DNA from: Octopus vulgaris
Lineage: Eukaryota
Reading direction: 5' to 3'
DNA: 64,000 bases
Assembly: GCA_951406725.2 (NCBI GenBank)
Contig: OX597834.1
Location: forward strand, 20,708,001-20,772,000
The translations under genes were made by a program, and so were the position numbers. Position 1 is the first letter of the stretch; every line of letters starts with the position of its first letter. Below are positions 40,260-54,965 of the stretch, piece by piece. The notes below the pieces were generated by a model. It searched no databases. It was not told where the DNA came from and worked only from the letters and a program-made list of their open reading frames with translations.

Positions 40260-41035
40260 TATATGTAGGCATGGGTGTGTATTTAACAGTATTTTACTTA
40301 TGGTATGCATATATATATATATATACACAAACATATACATATATGTATATATGCACACCCGCACATACACAACAGACTCCCATACACACACATGCATACA
40401 CATACACATGCATTTAAATATATATATACATATACATATACATATATATATATATACACCCACACATCCACACACTATCATTGTTATAAAAAAACAACAT
40501 TAATCCAGGTATGCGAGATGATTCTGTACAACAAAACACAGACACCACATGCAAGGCTTAGTAACTATGCAATGAAATATACCCGCAGGTACATCTGCAT
40601 GCAACGGGGTGGGGGTGGGGTGGGGGCTTGCATGCACATGCATGTTTGTCGGGGGAGGTGATTGTATGTGTGCAAGCATAAAGTGCACGGGAACCTTTCA
40701 TCTATATCATCATCCCTTTACTCTCTCTGTTTCTCTTTCTCTCTCTCTCTCTCTCACTCTCTCCTTCCTGCATCTCTCCCTCTTTCTCTCTCTCCCTTTT
40801 CTTTATCCCTTTCTACCCCTCCTTTCTCTCTCTCTCTCTCTCTCTCTTACACAATACTCACATATTCATTTATTCTTTCTAATCTTTTACTGTGTTGCCA
40901 ATCTGAAGGGTTTGTGTATGTTGTGCATATTTAAATAAATAATCTCGCTCAAGAGCTCAATGTTCTACCTGGTCTGTCTGAGAATCGAACCTCCAACCTT
41001 ACAATCATGGATCCAAGAACCTAACCACAAGCCAC

Positions 41036-41123
<88 letters not shown>

Positions 41124-41395
41124 TAAAATGTGGATTTAGAGAATCATTGAGTAAGCTCAACATACAGATATGGCTATCAGTTTATTTGCATTTATTTGTG
41201 AATATAGAATTATATATTTTTTTTATTTATAGTCCCAGCCCAAGGCCGTGGCCATACTGGGACATCACTCAGCATATATTTTCACATAATCATGTATGTA
41301 TAATTTTTCGTACTGCAATAAGCAATACAAAATAATGCAGGTTAGGAAACAGCTGTAATCATCTATTTTCACCACTCACACCTCCTAGTTTTGTG

Positions 41396-41458
<63 letters not shown>

Positions 41459-41638
41459 ACAGGGTTGGATAAATTGTTTGGTACTATTTATTCCTTTATT
41501 CACATTACAATTTCATTAGCTAATAGGTGTTACAGATTGTACAAGTCAGATAAACATGTGAGAAATTTCTATAAGAAACTCTTCAGACAGAGAATCAAAT
41601 AGTACCAATATAAATAATACCAAAATATTCAATCCTGT
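41459..41638. mobile_element. Small TIR MITE in (TA)n
   Basis: acagggttggat..ttggtactattt versus aaatagtaccaa..attcaatcctgt inverted ends. Confidence 0.6.
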
Positions 41639-41948
41639 TTTGATATATATATATATAATACAATAAACAATATTTCCTGAATTTTCAAATCTAATGTATC
41701 CCATAAATATAACAATTTCGTACTCGATTGTAATACCAGAATCAGTAGATGTGATTCAACTAGACATAGCTTGGATTTGAACCCTACTTACGTAATATAT
41801 ATATATATATGTTGTTTTTTAGAAAAACATAAATTTGGAGAAGTACATGGGCCAACAGGTCTTAAGGTTTGAAGATATGCCATAAAGGACCTTTTATGGT
41901 GAGAAGCCCAAGGTAACTCTAGAAACCGGCCTTCACCAGTAACTAATA

Positions 41949-42262
41949 TCTCTATATATATAAACGGCAAATTGTCTGTGTGTGTGTGTATCCTTTATAC
42001 AAATCCACAATTTTTCAGTTAGAGGGCTTGCACTTTCTATGGTCATTCAAAACCATCCAAGGGTGGTAGTGCACCATTAAAAATCAATAGAAGTGACCTT
42101 TTTGTGAACTTTTCTATCCAAAACCCAATCAAAATGCCCCAAACTTGATACGCCAATTGAATGCCAGCTAGCTGTATATGATTGATCGGAGACTTGGACA
42201 GTACTCGCATGTATGTGCACACGCACACAGCTGTATATGCATGCAGCGCCGCATCATAGTGC

Positions 42263-42265
<3 letters not shown>
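41949..42265 (+). mobile_element. Probable non-autonomous Helitron (second family)
   Basis: 5' TCTCTATATATATAAA followed by tgtctgtgtg; GC-rich degenerate hairpin and CTAT end running into (TA)n. Confidence 0.55.
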
Positions 42266-42325
<60 letters not shown>

Positions 42326-42825
42326 CAAACACTAGATAGAGATGATGGTGATGATGATGATGGCAATGATGATGTATGTTTGACAGGTTCCTCGTTAATT
42401 AGGGATGACTCTCAAAGGGTTCAAAACTCTAAAAAAAATTATTCAGACTGAATATTGTTTTGCGTAATAAAATGATTTGAAACAGATGACCAAGTATTTT
42501 GCTCACATCTAGAACAGTGCCTTTGAGAGTTTCACTGAAATTTCAGACCACATCCAGAGTAGGGCCACTAACTGCTTGGCATTAGATTACTCCCAGACAT
42601 AATCCCGCCTCTGTTTCTCAGACTTAGCTGGTTTTCTACATCCAAGTCTGGTCCACTGGTTTTCTCTCTACATTCTTTCTTTCCCATTGCCATTTTACAA
42701 TAGTTTCTGTTCCTCGACAGTCACCAGTCTTAACACTTCACTACCAAGGTACCCCTCACTGATCCACTCATCACTTCACCTCTTGTCATTTCTGTGGTTT
42801 CTACCATCCTACCCCCACGGCCCTA

Positions 42826-43172
42826 TCTCTCTATCCGCTCAGTCGAAATCGACTCTCGGTCACTCGTTGGATCAGTGTCCTCCAGTCAGTTCTATCCTGG
42901 CCACTTCTTTCAGATTGGCTATGTCCATTCCGGTATCCCTCTTGATGGTGTCAAGCCAGCGGGTTCTTGGTCAGCCTCTTCCTCTCTTGCCACTGACCAT
43001 TTTGAGCATGATGTCCTTCTCCAAGGATTTTCTCCACATAATATGACCGAAATATGCCAATCTATACTTGGTGATCCTAGCTTCTAGTGACATTTTCAGC
43101 CTTATCTGCTTAAGAACGTCTCCATTGGTGAGCCTCGCTGTCCATGGAATCCACAAAAGTTTTCTCCAGCAC
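42826..43172 (-). mobile_element. RTE (BovB-like) LINE 3' fragment
   Basis: LWIPWTARLTNGDVLKQI...RLAYFGHIMWRKSLEKDIMLKMVSGKRGRG*PRTRWLDTIK is the RTE C-terminal signature. Confidence 0.9.
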
Positions 43173-43408
43173 TAACCTTTATACCCAGTTAAACAAAGGT
43201 TGATTGTTACCATGCCAGGCAAAATGCTTAGCAGCACTTCATCCATCTTAATGAGCTGAGTTCAAATTCTGCCAAGGTCAACTTTGCCTTTCATACTTTC
43301 GGGGGTCAATAAATTAAGTACCAGTCAAGTACTGGGAGCCGATGGGATCGACAATCCCCCTCCTCTTGAATTCCAGGCCTTGTGCCTACAGTAGAAAGAA
43401 TTATAATA

Positions 43409-43443
<35 letters not shown>

Positions 43444-44145
43444 ATTACATTTTTAAATGTTATTCTCACATCTGTTTATCTGTCTGTTTTCCTTCAGTCT
43501 ATCTCTTCTTTCTCTACAATCACAACCCCCCCCACACACACATTGATAGACTCTCCTTCTTTCTTCCTTCATTTCTTTCTTTATCATTTATTTATTTTTT
43601 TATCTGTCTGCCTATTTATCTTTTTCCTTTCTGTCTGTCCACATACACATTCATACACATGCACCTACCAAACTATTTACCTGCCTGTATAACTATCACG
43701 CTTTCCACCTGTCTATAATCTATTCTTGTGTATATGAATGCAGACACACAGACACAATGCCTTCCTATACCCCCGCATATCTATCTATCTATCTATACAT
43801 TTTTATTATTTTTGTAATTTACTTAATCTTTACTTTTTATTATTTTAATTTTACTTTTCTATTATATGTAATTTTATAGATGGTGTAATTTAATTAGTTA
43901 TTTTGAATTGATAAAAGGTGGGTTTTTTTTCTAATATTTTTTTCCTAATATTTTATATACATATTATATTGTGTGGAATCTGATTTAGTATTTCTAAATT
44001 GAATTCTTTTTCCTTGTAAGTTTGGATTTTATTCACTTAAATAATAATAATTATATATATATATATCTGTTTGCATAACAATCTGTCTATCCTTTGTCTA
44101 AATGTTTGCACACACACACAAACATTCACACAACACACATACCCA

Positions 44146-44375
44146 TTTCTTTACTACCCACAAGGGGCTAAACACAGAGGGGACAAACAAGGACAGACAA
44201 ACAGATTAAGTCGATTACATCGACCCCAGTGCGTAACTGGTACTTAATTTTTCGACCCCGAAAGGATGAAAGGCAAAGTCGACCTCGGCGGAATTTGAAC
44301 TCAGAACGTAACGGCAGATGAAATACAGCTACGCATTTCGCCTGGCGTGCTAACGTTTCTGCCAGCTCACCGCCT
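44146..44375 (-). mobile_element. Young full-length family B SINE (tail type 1)
   Basis: Near-identical reverse complement of 24400-24628. Confidence 0.93.
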
Positions 44376-44594
44376 ACCTGCATACCTACCTGCATATCTA
44401 CCTATCTATCTACCTTAACAGCTACTATTTACCTGAGAATATATCTTCGAAATATTAAGAGTTTGACACTGAAGGAGGGAATGGTTCAGTTGGAAGATAC
44501 CAAATCTTTATGATCTCTCGTTGACAGCTGATAAAGGAAATAGCATCGAGAGGAAATTGTGTGTAATATTATAACATTTCTATTTAATAATGAT

Positions 44595-44998
44595 ACTCCT
44601 TACTCTTTTTACTCTTTTACTTGTTTCAGTCATTTGACTGTGGCCATGCTGAAGCACTGCCTTTAGTCGAGCAAATCGACCCCAGAACTTATTCATTGTG
44701 ACCCATAGTACTTATTCTATCATTTTTTTTTGCTGAACCGCTAAGTGACGGGGGATGTAAACACACCAGCATCAGTTGTCAAGCGATATTGGGCAGACAA
44801 ACACAGACAGACAAACACATACACACACACACATATATACGACAGGTGTCTTTCAGTTTCCATCTACTGAATCCACTTACAAGGCTTTCGTCAGCCTGAG
44901 GCTATAGTAAAAGACCCTTGCCCAAGGTGCCATGCAATGGGACTGAACCTGAAACCATGTGGTTCATAAGCAAGTTACCACACAGCCACTCCTATGTC
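44595..44998 (-). mobile_element. Family A SINE, full length
   Basis: Reverse complement of the family A sequence. Confidence 0.9.
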
Positions 44999-45045
44999 TA
45001 TAATAATAATAGCAATAATAATAATAATAATAATAATTTTTACTA

Positions 45046-45092
<47 letters not shown>

Positions 45093-45104
45093 GAATTATT
45101 ATTA

Positions 45105-45860
45105 TTTTTATTATAGGCTTTAGTCCTGAAAGCTTGTAGGGAAGGGGCTAGTCGATTATATCGAGCCCAGTGATCATCTTGGACTGATTTCCTCCACCTG
45201 AAAGAATGGAAAGCAAAACTGACCCCAGAGTGGAATTTGAGCAAAGAATGTAAAGACAGTGAAACTGCCACTAGCATTTTCTCCGGCTTACTAATGATTC
45301 TTCCTGCTTGCCACCTTTATAATAATAATAATAATAATAATCCTTTCTACTATAAGCATAAGGCCTGGAATTTGGAAGAGTGGGCTAGTTGATTAAATTG
45401 ACCCCAGTGTTCAAATGGCACTTATTTCAGTGACACCGAAAGGATGAAAGGCAAAGTCAACCTCGGCGGAATTTGAACTCAAAACATAAAGGCAGACAAA
45501 ATGCCACTAAGTATTTCACCCAGTGTGCTAACAACTCTGCCAACTCGTTGCCTTAGTAATAATAATTATAATAATAATAATAAAAATAATAATAATAATA
45601 ATAAAAATAATAATAATAATAAGAAGAAGAAGAAGAAGAAGAAGAAGAACAACAACAACAACTCTTATTGTATCTGTCTTTGTATTGTCCCCCTCAGCTG
45701 CCCCGGTGGTAAATAAATGAAGCCATCATTATTATTATTATTATTATTATTTATCAGTGTCAATAAATTAAGTACCAGTCATGCACTGGGGTTGATGTAA
45801 TTGACTAGTCCCCTCCCCACAAATTTCAGGCTTTGTGCCTATAGTAGAAAGGATTATTAT
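45105..45860. mobile_element. Family B SINE cluster in TAA/TTA tracts
   Basis: Minus copies 45105-45318 and 45340-45556, plus-strand fragment 45758-45856. Confidence 0.82.
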
Positions 45861-46079
45861 TATCATCATCATCATCATTATTATTATTAGTGTTGCAATT
45901 GACATTCCCTGTCCCCTAAGAATTCAGGCTTTGTGCCTAAAGTAGAAAAGATTTTTTTTTCTGTCATTTCATTATATGTAAGCCCCAACATTTTATGTCT
46001 GTCTGTATTGTCCCCCCTCATCCTTCGCCCTTGTGGCAAATACATGAAATCATTATTATCATTATTATTATTATCATCA

Positions 46080-46172
<93 letters not shown>

Positions 46173-46501
46173 GTGTTAGTTTTGGTGTTATATAGATATG
46201 AGATAACTATTTAATATATCAAAAATAATGACGATATACTATAATATGTACGAACATGTATATATATATATACATATATATAATCAAAATAAGCAACAAT
46301 ATATATATATATGTATGTATGTATATGTATATATATGTATGTATATATATATGTATTTATGTATATATGTATGTATGTATATATATATGTATGTATATAT
46401 GTATGTATGTATATATATATGTATGTATGTATATGTATGTATGTATATATATGTATGTATGTATATATATTTTTGTATGTATATATATATGTATGTATGT
46501 A

Positions 46502-46551
<50 letters not shown>

Positions 46552-48877
46552 TGTGCTTGGATTGTTATTTATATACAATATCTGAGGATGTGTGTGTGTG
46601 TGTGTATCTGTGCGTTTGGGTTTATATATTCGAAGTGTTCTTGCCAAGTCGAATAAATATATTCTCAAGACAGCTGAAGACACCTCAAGAAAACAGAAGT
46701 ATAAATTCCATTCTCCTCCGATTCCTCTCGATTTTACCGTTACCCTTGTTGATGCTGCTGCCGCTGCCGCTGCCGCTGCCGCTGTTACTACCGAATCCGA
46801 TTCCGTTTGTTGTTATTTAGGCTATTGGTACCTATGCAAGCTACTGCTGATACTGTTAATGGCTACTACCACGTTTTCAAGAAAAGATGTTGACCTGTGT
46901 CTCTCGGCATGTGTTTCAATACTTACGCTTAGGATGCGCTGTGCATACCGACACCGTTTTGGCAGCAGCAGTGGTGGTGGTCGTGGTGGAACGGTCGTGG
47001 GTGACAGGAGGTGACGTTGTTATTAAACAACAACAGGAAGCTGACACGATGCGGCATGCTTAAAGAAATCTCACGTGTGTCATCGGATAAATTTTAATAG
47101 CTAGCTTCGTTAGTGCAGTTTTGAAATAGTTGTTGTCCTTGTTGCGGTCGTTCATTATAGTATTATTATTGTTGTTGTTATTGTTATTGTTGTTGTCATT
47201 GTTATCATTCCTGTTGTTGTTGTTGTTCTCAACGTCTGTGATGTCGTCGATTCTGACAAACTAAAATTGTTGTCATTGCTCACTGTTGTCAAGGTTGATA
47301 TCCTCCTCCTCATCATCACCATCAGCAGCAGCAGCATCATTATTATCCTCTTCTTCCCCATCCCTTTCATCGTCATCATCCTCAACATCAACATCATCAT
47401 CATTATAGTCGCCATTGTTGTTGTTGCCATCATTGTGAAAGTAGTTGTGGCGTGGGTGGTGGTCATGGTTGTTGTCAGTTTGGTCTTAATTTTTCTCTTA
47501 GATTTCCACACACACCCACCACCACATTACTGGAATATTAAAATGACCCTAACCCTTGATCCCTACCAAAATTTGACTGTTCCTTTATCACCACCACCCC
47601 CTCAACACCACCACCACCACTACCACCATCACTGTCTCACCACCTCAGAAGGGCGAAAGACTAAATATTATTTATTCATATTGGATATCATTGTCATTAT
47701 TATTGTTTTTTTGTTTCTGTTGTTTTTACTCACCTGTGTTCTTCCGATGAAATAACTACGTAAAAATTAAAATGTGAAAAAAAAAAAAAAAAAATGTTTT
47801 AGAAATTAAAAATCAAAAAAAAGCATAAAATGCAACCAAATCCAGCTTCACCTGATTTTTTTTTTCATCTAAACTGACCATTAAGCTGACTGACCACTAG
47901 CTTAAGTGACCACCTATCATATCATTAATCCAGTTTCATCTGCCCAACCCAGTCTTCACACACACACACACACACACCTGTCTACATCATTCCTCACATG
48001 CGCAAATGCGCATACACGCTCACACTATGCACACACACAAACACCAACGCAAACACACACACGCACACATACACACACAGCACAGCACATACGAATGCAC
48101 GTAATAGAAACTCAACACACCGGTAGAAAGGATGTTTCGAAGAATAGACGCGTTTCCATCTTCGTTATCTTGTCCAGTTAACGAGGGAACTTGTTAATAA
48201 TTACAACCACTTGTCACTCGGAATTCCTCTCTCCACTTTCGCATTCATACATTCTTTCATTCTGCCGTTCTTTTATTCTTCCATTCAACTATTCACAAGT
48301 GATATTGTTATTGTTGTTGTTGTTCTTATTGCTGGTTGTAGTGGTGGTGGTGGTGATGATAGTGACAAGGAAAATTGTGGTGTAGTTGTTGTTGTTATTC
48401 TCATTCTAGACGTGTTTCTGTATTTTTCTCTAGTTTAGGAATATTATTTTGTTGTTATGGTGACTGGTCATCGTCGATGCTGTTGTCGTCGTTGTTGTTG
48501 TTGATTAACCCCAGATTGAACTTGGATCAGGCAGACCTATGGATAAATGACACTCCAGCCTTGACTGTCCTGTCTTTCCTGCAGACATTGTGTAATTAAG
48601 ATCATCGAATTAGGATTATCAAATATGTTGTTTTTAAACAGACTGTAAGAAGTGATTTGTGGAAAATTTATTGATTTAAACATACATACACACACACACA
48701 CACACATATAAATATGTATATGTATGTATGTTTGTATACACAGATACAGACACATGTACACACCCACACATAAAAGATATAAAATATATATACACATATA
48801 TCATATATATATATATATATAATAAATTAGATATAATATTTATATATAATTTATATATATATACATATATATATATT

Positions 48878-48910
<33 letters not shown>

Positions 48911-49611
48911 GTATATATATATATATATATATGCTCAGTGTGTGTACTTTTGGTTCCTTAGTTGTTTCTGCAGGGCCATGATACGGGCTGGAGGAAACTG
49001 CTAGTTTCCCATGTGTTGCTGCCAAATTTGGTACGTTCTTGGGAAAGAGTAACAAAATATATTTTACCTGTTGTGGTCGTCAGCATTTTTAGTTAAATGT
49101 TGTCACTGATGTGATTGTTGCAGTTGGTGGTGGTGGTGATGGTGGTGGTTTGTGGTGGTGTTGGTGGTGGTGTTGTCTGCTACCAAACAAACATTGTTAT
49201 TGCAAAAACACTTGGAGATATGTAAATACAAATGAATGTACACACACACAAACACACACACCAAAGCACATGCAATCAAACTCACCTGTACTTAGCCACT
49301 GATATCACATAAACGTTGTTAGCCATACACTTATATACATACATATGTGTGTATGTGTATACATATATATATACATACATACACACCTGTATTCAGATGC
49401 AGGTATCTAATAGGTGTTGGTATTCATACTAACAGGTGTTATATATATATATATATATATATATCAGTACGCACATATATGCACACACACACACACACAC
49501 ACAAATACACACATGAACATAAATATACACACCTGTATTGAAACATTGATATTATTTAAACAATAATATTTTTTCTGGTAGGCGTTTTACACATATACAA
49601 GCAAATATGTA

Positions 49612-49670
<59 letters not shown>

Positions 49671-49764
49671 GTTTATATTTCCGTGTATAATTTTTTATGC
49701 TTATTTGGCAGAATATTACAGGGTGGCTCAAGGGCCTTGAGTTTCATGTGTTGCCGCATTTACA

Positions 49765-49803
<39 letters not shown>

Positions 49804-50361
49804 CTACATTTATGTGTACATTTACACATGCATGCACACACACGACCATACACACATATGCCTACATGTGCAGCAGCATTCCACAGCACTGCACGCATCA
49901 CGTAATACATAAACATTGATATTCACATTAACAAGTGTTACAGCGCACTCACTTGACACAGACAGGCGCAGACACACATACACACACACACACCTCTCCA
50001 CACCCTCCTACACACACAGGTGCACACACACATACACGCGTAAACTCCAACCTAAAAACGGTACGGACTATCTTGTCGTGTGTGCGTGTGTTGCATCCCT
50101 CATCCACATGTAGCGCATCGCTGCCGCCGTTTCCTTCATCCTCTCTTTCTTCCACTTCTAAAGACGCTCTACCTATCAAACAAGTTTCACTTTACTAGTA
50201 TAAACAGCAACATTATAACAATTATTATTATTATTGTTGTTGTTGTTATTACTACTACTACCACTACTACTACTACTACTTCTACTACATTGTTCTGGTT
50301 GCTTTGACAACTCTCGGTACTTATGTCACATTGAATAAACACGATTAAAATTTTTACAAGA

Positions 50362-50433
50362 ATGAAACGACGACTTAGTGTCTCTACCACGGATGCCGAA
50401 TCTTCGGACGAAGTCGGAGAATCTTCAGACGAG
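50362..50433 (+). CDS. Candidate first coding exon MKRRLSVSTTDAESSDEVGESSDE (gene unidentified)
   Basis: ATG with A at -3, 24 non-repetitive CpG-rich codons, ending exactly at a consensus donor GAG|GTGAGT (phase 0); no downstream exon identified. Confidence 0.35.
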
Positions 50434-50737
50434 GTGAGTTCCATCATCATTATCATCAGCATCATTAACACCTCTACGTACATTACATATGTATATGTAT
50501 ATGTATATACATGTGTATATAAATATGCATGCGTACATGCAGGTCTTCACATTTTATTTACAGTTGAACACTCCATGGCTATCACCATTAATAATTCCAT
50601 AAATACATATGTATGTATGTATGTATGTATATATATATATGTGTGTGTGAGAATATATATATACATATACATATATATATATATATGCATATGTATAGAT
50701 ATGTACATATATGTATGTGTATATATAAGTATATATG

Positions 50738-50781
<44 letters not shown>

Positions 50782-50906
50782 TATATATAAGTATATATAT
50801 ATGTATATATGTATACATGTATATATATGTATGTATATATATATATGTATATGTATATATATATGTGTGTATTTATGTATGTATATATATGTAAATATAT
50901 ATATTT

Positions 50907-50938
<32 letters not shown>

Positions 50939-51070
50939 ACTATATATATATATATATAAATGTATGTATATATACATGTTTATATAAACATGTATACATA
51001 TATACAGGGATGTATGTAGGTATTCTACAGTTGAACTCTCCATGGTTATCATTGTTAACATGTGTATGTG

Positions 51071-51104
<34 letters not shown>

Positions 51105-51744
51105 TATACACGTATGCATTCATGTCTGTGTAAATGTATGTATCTATATGACTGCATATGGCTGTACATGTATGTATGTATTTTACAGCTGAATGCTCCA
51201 TGGCTCGTACATGGTATATGCGTATTATTATATGTCTACATGCATTAATCTGATGTCTCTGCTTGTGAGAATGTGGCACTTATTGGTAGTAGTTTTGTGG
51301 GTTTTGTGTTTGTGTTTTTGTGTGAAGGTTTGTGTGTGTGTGTGTGCATGTAATGCATATATGTATATATATATATCATGTATTATATATGTGTGCATAT
51401 GCGTGTATGTATGTGCATATGAGTGTATGTATGTACATATATATGCATGTATGTATATATACATGTATGTATTTATGTACCTATATACAGGTGTGTGTGT
51501 GGGTATATACACACACACATGTATATATATATGTGTATGCATATATATATATATATATACACACATGTATGAGTGCATGTGTGTAAAATGTTCTTGTACA
51601 AACAGGTATTTATATAATGTCATGATTTGTCTACATGTATGCCATGTGTGCATTCATAAATAAACACAAACATATATATGTACACATATATACAGGTAGA
51701 CATACACACATATACCTACACATGTATGTGTAGTTAAATGTATG

Positions 51745-51799
<55 letters not shown>

Positions 51800-51836
51800 G
51801 CATGCTTATATGTACATATATATATATATCTGTGTG

Positions 51837-51898
<62 letters not shown>

Positions 51899-51964
51899 TA
51901 TATGCATGACATTAGCATCTTCATACATTTATCTATAGAAATGTCATAATCACATAAAGACATT

Positions 51965-52016
<52 letters not shown>

Positions 52017-52817
52017 TATATTTAAATATTTGAACATTTGAAGACAATACAGAATTTTCAGTTTTTCTGTTGTTTTAGTAAGATATAGTTTTCACTTCAT
52101 TCCTATTCCGATGAACAAAATCCTCTTATTTTATTTTAAGATTATAAGCATAAAAACCTGTTATTCTTTCTCCCCCATTTTCCAATCAGTAACACCTTCA
52201 CACACACCGACACACACACACACCATTAAAGTGACCTTTTAATTTATAAATAAAGGGGAAAGTTACAGATTAATCCATGAAAATAATTATTGATTTCTTA
52301 TGTTAATACCAGATTTATAATTTGCATGAAGAAACCTTAAGGTGATTCTAATAATCCCTAGAAATATAACAAGTGCTGTGTGATATCCATGCCATGCTTA
52401 TATATTAGGGGTCTTTCTATGGAGTCGGATAGGGAGTGACTTTAGTGCCCTTAAATATTATATACATACCAGAAAAGCATTGAGGCTGTAACTGTAGATA
52501 AAGTCTGTTAATTTGTTGCTACAGTGTAACAACAATACCATGTGATGTAACTTAATATTCAGTAGTGTTGTAACCACACACAGGCACACACACACAAAGT
52601 CACGCATGTGTGTGTGTGTGTTTGTGTGTGTGTATGATATTCATCTCTGTTTCCAAGCTATGCATTCACCACTTCAGCATGATACCTCCTACTGTCCCTC
52701 TCTGTTAGTTCATCATCCCTCGATTCTAGGGCTTACTCAGTTAAGTGGTCTTGTCTAGCTGCTGCTTGGTGACCCCACTAATGCTGGTGTCACGCAAAGA
52801 ACAAAAGCACCTGGTTC

Positions 52818-53456
52818 CAGGGCCGGATTAAGACCCATTCAGGTTTTAAGCACTTAAAAGATTTTGGTGCCTGCCTAAACGATTATGTAGTTCAAAATAG
52901 AAACAATAACAAACCATAAAATAAATTTTTATTTTCCAAAATGAAACAAAAACAGGAAGAGGGAAAATAATGCTTATTTTTGTATACTTCCTCTTTATTT
53001 ATATTTGCAAAGTTTCCTCTTTCTTTTTTGAATTGCAAAGTCTTTGATCAGACCCTCAAAATTAATCTTAGGTAACACACCTGTATCTATACTTAGTAGA
53101 GATAAAGGCATCCCAAATATTATTTTAGCAAGTTTAAAGTAATTTCTTTTGTGCCGTAAGCCATTTACCATTTCTGTGGTGCCCCCACTCCTTCCTTTGA
53201 TGCCCTAAGCCAGTGGTTTTCAACCAGGGTTCCGCCAGTACAGTCCAGGGGTTCCGCAAGAAGTTACAAAACTGCTAAAATCGGCAGTAATTTTTAATTC
53301 TCCTGTGCAGATATGTGTGCATAAGACTATTAAATTATTGCACAGGGGTTCCTCGAGCCGGTGGAATGTTTCCTTGGGGTTCTGCTCCAGCAAAATGTTT
53401 TGAGAAGCACTGCCCTAAGCACATGCTTATTTTGCTTAATGGTTAATCTAGCTCTG
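52818..53456. mobile_element. hAT-type non-autonomous element
   Basis: TIRs cagggccggattaa / ttaatctagctctg; perfect 8-bp TSD cctggttc (52810-52817, 53457-53464); inserted in a family C repeat. Confidence 0.9.
53211..53412. mobile_element. hAT-Charlie-type MITE nested in the previous element
   Basis: TIRs cagtggttttcaa / ttgagaagcactg; perfect 8-bp TSD ccctaagc with central TA. Confidence 0.92.
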
Positions 53457-53519
53457 CCTGGTTCTCTCCATGAAATGGTTGGTGTTAAGAAGGGCATCCA
53501 GCTGTAGGAATCATACCAC

Positions 53520-53788
53520 TGGGGGCAGTGGAAAGATCCATGAGGTGGGGGCAGGGCGTTGAAGAAAAGTGGAGTTCATAATGGGGTGGTCAAAAGGGGA
53601 CAATGGGTGTAAAAACAACAAAATAATGGGTTCATTAGGGGTTAAGTTTTATTTGTGAAATACAGTTGTCTTGAATTTGCTGCAGAAAGTGGTTTATGTT
53701 TGTGGTGGTGAGTGTGTGTGGGGAGGGACACTAAGAATCTGGCCAGGTGCCAAGGGGGCAGCAGCCTGAAAAAGTTTGGGAGCCACTG
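53520..53788. mobile_element. Second Charlie-like MITE, left end eroded
   Basis: Right end aaaaagtttgggagccactg; splits the family C repeat again. Confidence 0.6.
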
Positions 53789-53910
53789 CATTAGAGCTTG
53801 GCACTACTCGCTGGTACATCTGTTCATGTAGACCCATCCAACCCATGCCAGCATGCAAAAAGAGATGTTAAATGATGATATATATATACACATATATATA
53901 TGTATATGTC

Positions 53911-54577
53911 AGGCGTAGCTGTGTAGTAAGAAGCTTACTTCCCATCCATATGGTTCCGGGTTCAGTCCTACTGCATGGCACCTTGAGCAAGTATCTTCTA
54001 CTATAGCTTTGGGTCAACCAAAGCCTTGTGAATGGATTTGGTAGATGGAAACTGAAATGAAGCCTGTTGTATATATATATATTTATTTTTGTATGTATGC
54101 ATATATGTCTGTGTTTGTCCCAGTGGCATAGCTAGGTTAAACCATGCCTGGAGCAAGCCACAAAAATGTGTCCCCCCCGCACACTATTACAAAATCCACA
54201 TTATTATATAGTGCTTATTTGTTACAAGTAATTAATATTTTAAAGCAATATATTCAGGGTTCATTAACCTGCCAGTTCAGTACAGCCTGTAATTCAAACT
54301 GTATTTTTTACCGTTTAATGTACCAGCTTCCTCGACTGAAACATTGAAAAACCTAATGTGTGAAATGAGATGGACAAAAAAAAAAAAAATTGTTTAAAAT
54401 CACATCTTCTTGTTTTTGGTGAGGCACTCTCCCCTCACACACACTTCACCATCGTTTGACAATTGATGCTGGTGTGTTTATGTTCCCACAATAAGTCTGG
54501 GGTTGATTTCTACAACTAAGGTGGTGCTCCAGCATGGCCACAGTCAAAATGACTGAAACAAGTAAAAGAATAAGAGA

Positions 54578-54578
<1 letters not shown>
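53911..54578 (+). mobile_element. Family A SINE interrupted by a cagtggcatagctag-ended DNA element fragment (54121-~54430)
   Basis: SINE halves resume either side of the insert. Confidence 0.78.
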
Positions 54579-54655
<77 letters not shown>

Positions 54656-54656
<1 letters not shown>

Positions 54657-54965
54657 GAGGCACAATGGCCCAGTGGTTAGGGCAGTGGACTGACGGTCGG
54701 AGGATTGCGGTTTTGATTCCCAGACCGGGCGTTGTGTGTGTTTATTGAGCGAAAGGACCTAAAGCTCCACAAGGCTCCAGCAGGGGTTGGTGGCGATCCC
54801 TGCTGTACTCTTTCGCCACAACTTTCTCTCATTCTTTCTTCTGTTGGCCTGCTTGCTTAGCCAGCGGGGTGGTGTCACTTGTAGGCTAAAACAGTGCGAA
54901 GCGCATTGTGACCAGCGATTTGTAGCAACATCTCATAGCCTGGTCGGTCACATGATCACGTGATA
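54656..54965 (+). mobile_element. tRNA-derived SINE sharing the 12711 head and body but with a different 3' end
   Basis: tggcccagtggttagggcagtggact...ctttcgccacaactttctctca matches 12711-12890, then diverges. Confidence 0.85.
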
